IMG/VR virus record: IMGVR_UViG_2974673715_000001
Location: 32,001 to 96,000 of that record
Origin: a virus
Lineage: Duplodnaviria > Caudoviricetes
Direction: 5' to 3' (one strand)
Length of the DNA stretch: 64,000 bases
This document shows positions 37,401 to 46,400 of the stretch, one piece after another. The notes beneath the pieces are model-generated. The model was given only the letters and a program-made list of their open reading frames with translations, was not told the origin of the DNA and made no database searches. Numbering within the stretch: position 1 is the first letter of the stretch; each line of letters starts with the position of its first letter. The position numbers and the translations under genes are program-made.

Positions 37401-40400
37401 AACCAGAAGCAGCTGCTGATGTAAACCAAGCATCTTATACTACAAGTTCTGTTAAGGCAGTTGGTTCTATTGGTGCTATTCGTATTGTTAATCCAGGTGG
37501 TTTCTATACAAGATTACCTGTTGTTACTGGAATTCAATCTACTAGACAAATTGAAAGAGTTGCTATTAACGCACCAGGCACAGAATATGCTGTAGGAACT
37601 TATACTGGTGTTCCTATTGGTGGTGATGGTGAAGGTGGATTTGTAGAAATTACTGTTGCTGACGGAACTGATGCTAACGGAGTAACTATTCCTGGTCAAA
37701 TTCAATCAGTTGTTGTTACATCACCTGGTAAAAATTATACTACAGCAACTATTGATGTTGAGGCAATTACTGGTATTCTTGGATCTGGTTTAACTGGTTC
37801 TGGTGCAGAACTAGAAGTTGTTATTCCTGCTTCTGGAACTGGTGCATCTATTTTCACTCAAGGTGATAAAGTTGGTAAGATTAAGAAACTTAAGAACAAT
37901 AACTTTGGTTATGATTATCCTCATGACTATACACTACGTCCTGAGATTACATTCCCAATAAATGCTCAGTTAACATCTACCAGTATCCTAGACAGTATTA
38001 CAGTTACCGATCCAGGTTCTGGATATTCACAGGCACCTGCAGTGGTAATTACTGGTGGTGGCGGAACAGGTGCTGTTGCTGAAGCAACAATTAAGAATGG
38101 TCGTTTAGATTTAATTATTGTTAAAGATCCAGGCGCAGGTTATTCTTCTACTCCTGCAGTTGCTCTTAGATCTTCTTTCAACTATGTTGTAAACCTTGAC
38201 TTAGGTCTTTTACAGTTTGCATTCCCTCATGGTATTGCTAACGGTTCTGCGGTTACACTTAATGTTGTTGATACTGGTGAAGGTGCAGACTTCCCGCTTG
38301 CTGCAGGTGCAATCGGTCGTTTGAATGGAACTACAACTTATTACGCAATTACTGGTTCTGCAAACTCTCTTGAACCAGATCAATTAAAACTTGCTATTAC
38401 TGCATCAAACGCAAACTTAGGTGATGCTATTTCATATGTCAATGCAGGATCAGGTCGTCAACAATTACTCACAGAATCTTTTGGTGGTGCTGCTACAGCA
38501 AACGTTATTACATCTACCTTCTTAGAAGGAGAACTTGTTTATCAAGGTGATTCTTTAGAAAACTCAACTGCTCAAGGTTATGTTTCTACAAATAATGGTT
38601 GGCAGATAGGACCTAGAGTTCTTAAGATTGTAGATTATACTGGTGACTTTATTGAAGGACAAAGAGTAACTGGTGTTATATCCAAATCTTCGGGTACGAT
38701 CAGTGACTTGAATATTGCTAAAGGTGTTCTTGAGATTGGTTCTCTTACTAAGACTACAGGTCAGTTTATTGATGATGTTGGTAAACCTTCTGAAATTATC
38801 GAAAAGATTCAAGACTCTTACTATTATCAAGATTTCTCTTATGCTATTAAGTCTGCTGTTTCTATCGGTGAGTGGAAAGACATTCTTATCAAAAACGTTC
38901 ACCCTGCATCATTCAAAGTATTTGGTGAATTAAATCTTTCTGATTACGGATTTGTTCCTAACAAAGAGACTGATTTCCAACTTACTAAATCTGTTGAACT
39001 TGCTAGAGATGCGATTGTTCCTAATATTCAAAGTTTTGCTTTAGTAGAACCAGTTTATTCAGAATTCAATAATACAGAAATACTTTTCCGTCAGAAGAGA
39101 CTTACATCTTCAGAAAATATTCTGACTTCTGTTGTTCAACGTATTGATGATATTTCTACTTTATTTGATGGTGAAAGGATTGCATTCCCACTAACAGTTG
39201 GTGGAACTAATATTGTTGCTAATGCTAATCAATTGATGATTGTTTTAAATGGTGTTGTTCAGAATCCTGGCACATCTTTCAATCTTCAAGGTGATTCGAT
39301 TGTATTCAACGAACCACCACAACCTCCTGCAAGTATCAAATACGTTAACGTTACTATTCAAAATATTCCTACTAAGAAAATTTCATTTGATAATATCGGT
39401 GGTATTTTCCCAAATCCTGGTAATGAAATGGTTGGAACAGCATCAGGAAATCGTCTGACTGTTACCAGTGTTGTAGGTAATGATGTATTTGGTTTCTTCA
39501 CTCAAGGAACTACATTTACTCCTAGTGAACTTGTTACAGTTGGTGCAACAGGATTTGCTTCTAATGTTGCTGCAAGTAATGGTGTAACTGATGTTCAAAA
39601 TATCGGTCTATTTACTTTTGGTGAGAAAGTTACTGACTTCCAAGGTGATACTGCTAGAGTTGAATCAATCAACCTACAGAAAGGTCAAGAAACACCTTTA
39701 GCACAATTAAGATATACTATCGGTCCTTCTACTACCTCATTTGAAGTAGTTGCATATAAGACTGATAATAGTGTTGCTGATGCACCTGTTGCTGACGGAA
39801 CATTTACTACTGGTCAAAACTATCAGTTTGGTTCTGAAATTTTCTTACTTAATAGTATTACACAGGGTTCTCAATCTACAACTTTTGGAGTTACAAGAGC
39901 ACAGTCTGGAACCACTGCTGTATCACAGCAAGAAGATAATCCTGTTTATGGAACTCAAATTTCTGTCAATAATCAACTAACTTTAAGTAAAACAACTGGA
40001 ACATATCAATCTACACCTGGTCTTTACGACATTCAATTAAATGAAGTTATTATTGGTGCTCAATCTGGTGTAGTTGCTCGTGTTACTGCAACTTCTACAT
40101 ATCAAGATCCTGTAACTCAAGAATTTATTAGTCAGGTTAATATTTCCGAAGGTTCTTCTTTCTTTGGTCTATTATTCAACAGGATTACATCTCAGACTTA
40201 TCCAAACGTTGTTCTTGATGATATTTCTAAATCTCAGGTAAGAATTGTTGATTTTACAGATAATCAAACAGATTACAATACTAAATTCCCTTCTAATGAA
40301 GAAATTAACAATTATGTTATTCCTTACGATAATGCTTCGGGCACTCTACAAAATGAGACTATCCGTAACTACAAATTAGAGTATGGTAATAATGATGGTG

Positions 40401-43400
40401 AATTTGCTACTGGTGAAGGTGCTGTAGTTCGTAAATTAACTTATAGAGATACAGTTGGAACTGGTTTATTCGTTCCTGGTCAAATTATCAGAACTCGTGA
40501 TACGAAGGCAGAAGTTATTGGTGCAAACCAAGCAAGAAAAACTGTATACGTTGGTAAGGTTGGTAGATCTCTTAGAAACGGTGGAGATTATCATACATTC
40601 ACATTTAATAATGCATATCTCAATGCAACCAATCAGAAGTTTGGTGATGCTTGTTTAGGTCTTTCACCTGGAACTGAAGCACATACTTTTGTAAGTGGTG
40701 TTGCTGATTCAATCACTGCAGGTGGCGGTGCAACAGGTACGTTTACTGCTGCAACAGGAACTACCTATAATGGATTGACAGGTGATCTAGTAATTGAAAT
40801 TGGAAATCACTCTTTAACAACAAGTAACACAGTTCTTATCGCTGATAACAGTATTGGATTTACTTGTGCACAAGATGGTAATACCTCTACTAAAACATAT
40901 CCTCGTAGCACTGACCCTGCATCAGGATCTGCTCGTAATATAACTGCAGTTACATCAACTACGATAACAGTTAACGTAGGTGCAGTTCCAATTGATGAAA
41001 GTTTTGCAGTCGCGGCTTCTGATGAATTTGGGTTTGGCACTGCAGCGTTTACAATCGAGTGTTGGATTAGACCAATTACTGTTGGTGCAGGAACAAGATC
41101 TATCTTTGATTTCAGAACTGCTGCAACTGAAGTTGCTCCTTACTTATATCTTGATGGTGCAAATCTAGAGTATTATGTTAATGGTTCCATAGTAATTCAA
41201 GGAACAGCAAACATAGTTGCAAATCAATGGACACACGTTGCTATTAGTAAATCAGGTTCTGTAACTAGAATGTTTGTTAATGGTGTTCAAGACGGTAGTA
41301 ATTACAGCGATAGCAATAACTACGGAACAAATAAACCAATTAGAATTGGTGATGATACTGCAGGTAATAATCACTTCATTGGATATATTGATGAGTTTAG
41401 AGTTTCTACAACTGGACGTTATACTGCAGCATTTACTGCACCTACAGGTATCTTCCAAGGTGATTCAAACACTGTATTACTCATTCATTTTGATGGTGTT
41501 GAAGGACAACAGCATACAGATGATTGGTCTGGAACTGTATCATTTACTAAGGATGAATATTTCAATAATGATGCAATTCTAGAAACTTCTAGAAAGACTG
41601 GTGCACCTGCAGGATTTGCGGGTAGATCCCACAGATACTATAACGCTGCAGATAATATCGAAGGTAACATCGACTTTATCAAGAAAGAAGTTGTATATCA
41701 AATGAGACAGAGATATCCAGAACTTGTTATTCTAGGAACTCGTTTCACTCCAACTAATGCAACATATGATGCTGTAACTGGTCTATTGTCAATGACAGTG
41801 ACTGGAAACACATTTACTAATGGTGGACAATTTACACCTCAGTCTGCATCATACAATCCTTCGACTGGTATATTGACTATCACTAAGATTAATCACGGTG
41901 TAACAAATGGTAAGAGAATCAATATTAAAGTTGGTGGTATCACATTTACATGTGCAGAAGATAGTAACGCTACAAATCATCCATATCCTCGTTCTACAGA
42001 TCCTGTTGCAGGTAAGTGGTTGACAGTTTCTAATGCGACTGCAGATACATTTACAGTTGATGTTGGAACCTCATCTAATACTACAACTCATGCTTTCGTA
42101 AGTGCCTTAACTAATGCAATTACTGTTGAGAAAGATAGACTTAAGATTTTAGATAATTCTTTGACGTTCACTTGTGCGATGGATGGTAATACTGCTAATA
42201 AAACTTATCCTCGTCCAACAGATCCTGCATCTAAAGATGTTGCTCTTCCAATCGTATCTTCCAGTTCTACCAATTTAACAGTTAATGTAGGACCTTCTCC
42301 TTTAGTTAATTTCCAACCAACTAACGCAACGTACGATCCTGCAACTGGTGCATTCGTCATGACGATTGCTAATCATACAATCAATGTTGGAACACAAATT
42401 AGATTAACTGCAAATTCATTTACATTTACTTGCACACAAGATGGTAACAGTGCACAGAAAACTTATCCTCGTGCAACTGCGGGCGATGGTCAACCTGATC
42501 CTGCATATAATACTGCTCTAGATGTAACTGCAGTCGGAACAACTACACAAGATATTAGTAGTGCAGCGTATGTTCCTACAACAGGTATTTTAACAGTCAA
42601 TACAAGTGGTAACCATGGATTATCTACTGGCAATAGAATTCAAATTGCTGATAATTCATTAACATTCACATGTGCTTATGATAGTAATGCTACAAACCAC
42701 ACATATCCAAGACAGACTGATCCTATCAGAGGTGAGTGGGTTGAAGTAACCGTTGTTGATGCTGATACATTTACTATTGATATTGGAACATCTAGTGATA
42801 CTTCTACACATTCATTTGTTTCTGCGACTGCAGGTGCACTAATTAAACAAACTGGAACTGTAACTATTAACGTTGGTGTTTCTGCTCAGGCAGATCAATA
42901 TGCTCATACTTTTGTATCTGCTGCAACAAACGCAGTTGTTACAGGTGGTAATTACTTACATACATTTGTTTCTGCTACAAATAATGCAGTCATTATTGAC
43001 GAAGGAATTAATTGTGAAGATGATATTCGTGATACATTGAATGCGATCATTCAAGATCTTCGTAATGGTTCTAACAATCATGTTTGGGATGCTGCATCTT
43101 ACTATGTTAATAGAACTGTTAACCCAGTTCAGATTGCACAGATTGAACCTGCTGTTAAAGAAACATTATTTGCTTATGAAAAAGTTGATGATATGCTTCA
43201 GTATGTCATTACTAATGCTCTTTGGCCAGTTCAAGGTGATCATGGTTTAACTCAATTTACTGACGTTTCAATTACTGATTCTTCTTACACTACATTGAAT
43301 CAGTTTACACCTACTAATGCAACTTATAATCCTGCTACTGGTGATATGGTATTGACTATTGGATCTCATTCAATGACCACATCATCAATAGTTAATATTG

Positions 43401-46400
43401 CAGTCGGTGGTATCACATTTACTTGTGACAAAGATGGCAATGATCGTCCTACTGCATATCCAAGAAAGACTGATCCTGCTGCTAAGGCAGTTCTAGCTGT
43501 CACTGCTGTTGGTGGTGGTAACACAACTATTACAGTTAACGTAGGTAAATCATCTGCAAGAGATCAATATACTCATACATTTGTATCTGCAGTAGCTAAT
43601 TCTGTCACTGAATTAAATTATACCACTGGTGACTGTGCTGATGTCTATTCAACTGTTGGTAACTTAATTAACATCATTACAGATACAATTACAAATGCTT
43701 CTGCATCATCACCTGTTGATCATTTGGCAAGTGTTACTAAAGTTGAACCTGCATATGAGTTCGTTGGTGGAACAGTTGATGGATATCTAGAAACAACTTT
43801 AGCAGTTGATTATCATAATGCAGGAACTGATTTATCATATACAAATCAGATTGGTCCTGATACGCAATATCGTTTCAGAGATGCTGCAAACTTAATCAGA
43901 CTTAATCGCACAGCAATCGTTGATAAAGCAGCGTACGATATGTTACAACGTTATCCTACGTTGGCACAAACAATGCCTAGAAACCAAGGTGGTGCAAGCA
44001 CTGACGGAACTATTCGTTGTAAGACTGACTTAGGTAATTTCTTAGATGCTATCGCAAATGATTTACAAGAAGGTGGTAATCTTGAAACTATAACAGGAAC
44101 TGGATTCTATCTCTTCCAAAATGGAGGACTACGTTATATTCGTCTTCAAGTATTCCAGTCAGTATATGCTCATGGAAGACTTGCTGAGTATATGAAACAA
44201 GCAGTTTTAGGAACCTTAACTGATGCCAATACTAACAGTATTGTTGTTGGAGACTGGGGAGTTACTGGTGCAGGTGTTTCTGGTTACTTTAATGCTGTTA
44301 CTGCTAGAATTGATGAACTCATTGCAACTATTAATAATATTATTGCTCCAACAGGTTCAGACTTTGAAATTGCTGCTGATAGATTATTCTTTAACAAGCA
44401 ATTTATAAAGGAAGAAATTAACGGTCTTGTTCTACAGTATCTTTCATATGTCTTAAACGGTGTCACCTATAATGCAGGTGCTTGGAATGATGAATTAGAT
44501 GTTGAAGATTTAATTGTTGCTCTTATTTCTGATTTACAGGCTGGTGGAACAGATAGCACAATTCAAGAAGCAAGCACTTATCTAACTGCTGCTCTTAATA
44601 TTCAAACTATTGACAATGTTCTCCCTGCAGCATTATATGCTATTGAACAAGTTGGAATCCTTGGTGAGTATGCGATTGAAAATGGATTATTTGCTCAAGC
44701 AGAAGCTGGAAGTGCAAACAGTTCTACTCAATATGCAGCGCAATATACTGATGAATCAGCATATAGAGATTCTATTTCAACTTCAGCAATCAATGATGTT
44801 GTATATGCATGGCGAGACTTAATTGAGATTGTTAAGGATATATTCTCACCTGGCGGAAAAGAAGCAAGATCTGCTGCTAAACAATTAGAGTATAATGAAA
44901 ATTATTACACTAATGAATTAAATAACGCAGTTACCAATCAATTTGGATCTGGTGCATGGTCTACTGATCAAGAAAACTTTATAGAAGGTATTGTTGGAGA
45001 CATTGTTCATGATCTTATTACAACTGATACTTACGATAAATCCACAGCATATACAATTACATTAAGTGCAAGTTCGGGTACGTTTGGTGTTGGAGAACTT
45101 GTTACTTCCAGTAATGGTGGTGAAGCAACTGTTCTTGAATACGACGATGTAAATAAAATCCTTTATGTCGGTGCATTTGGTGGAAGTGCATGGGTGGCAA
45201 CTAATACATTATCTGCTCCTAGCGGTGCTACAGGAACCATTGCATCTGGTGGCGTAAGTTCTGCATACAATTGGTATAATAATCCAACTAACGTTAAGAT
45301 TATTGATAGAGCAAGAAACCTTACATCTAATATTGAAGGTCTTGTTTCTACTACAAATATTTTCCCTGATCCCGAAAATCTTAATGCTACAGGTTGGACT
45401 GCATCAGAAACAACAACTTCAGTAGATGTTACTGCTGCTCCTGACGAAACTCAAACTGCTGATAAGTTAATTGCTTCAACAAATAATACTGAGCACTACA
45501 AGTATAAGAATTTCACTCTAAATTCCTTTGAGACTTTTGATAGTGATACTACTAAATTTGACTCTACTACTGAAACATTCGATACTGGTTCTGCAGGTGA
45601 TGCAACTACTCAAACATTTACATATTCAATCTTTGTTAAGGCAGCTGAGTATACTAAGACTCGTATATACCTAGCACTTGATGACTCTCTTGCAACACGT
45701 CAAAGAGCATTCTTTGATCTTGATTTATCAAATGGAACTAAGGGTTCTATCTTTACACCTGATGTTGCTATAACTGTAGATGCCTTTGGAGTAATTCCTC
45801 ATGGTAATGGATGGTATCGTGCTTATATTACAGCAACATTTGGATTTGGATTCTCTCAACTTCGCACACAAGTTTATACTAGAGGTTCTAACGGAGCACT
45901 AGTCCATGCAGGTAATGGATCTGATGGATTATTTGTTTGGGGTCATAAACTCAATAGTGGTGCCCTTGATCCTTATACTGCAGCATCTGGTACATTATTC
46001 TATTCAAACACTGATTATAATATCAAGACATTTGCTTTGGATAATCTTGAAGACTTTATGGGTAAGGCACTTGACAATACTTTAACATCTCCTTCACCTC
46101 TTGCATCTTTCTACAAGTTCTATGATGCTTCTCTTGCATCAGATTACAATAAATCTACTATTCAAAGATTTATTCGTTATCATCTAAATGTTATTAGAAA
46201 TCAGTTAGCACAGTCAACTTATTATACAACTATTACTAACAACAATGCGATCACTGTTCCTACAATCAAATATGGTAATCCTGAGGTTCCAATTGGACTT
46301 AGTGGTGGTGTTAAACCTGCTGATTACTTCTATGGTTTACTTAGTGACGCATCAGCCGAAGTTGAAACTGTTACAGAGAATACTGGTGAAGTAGTTCAAG

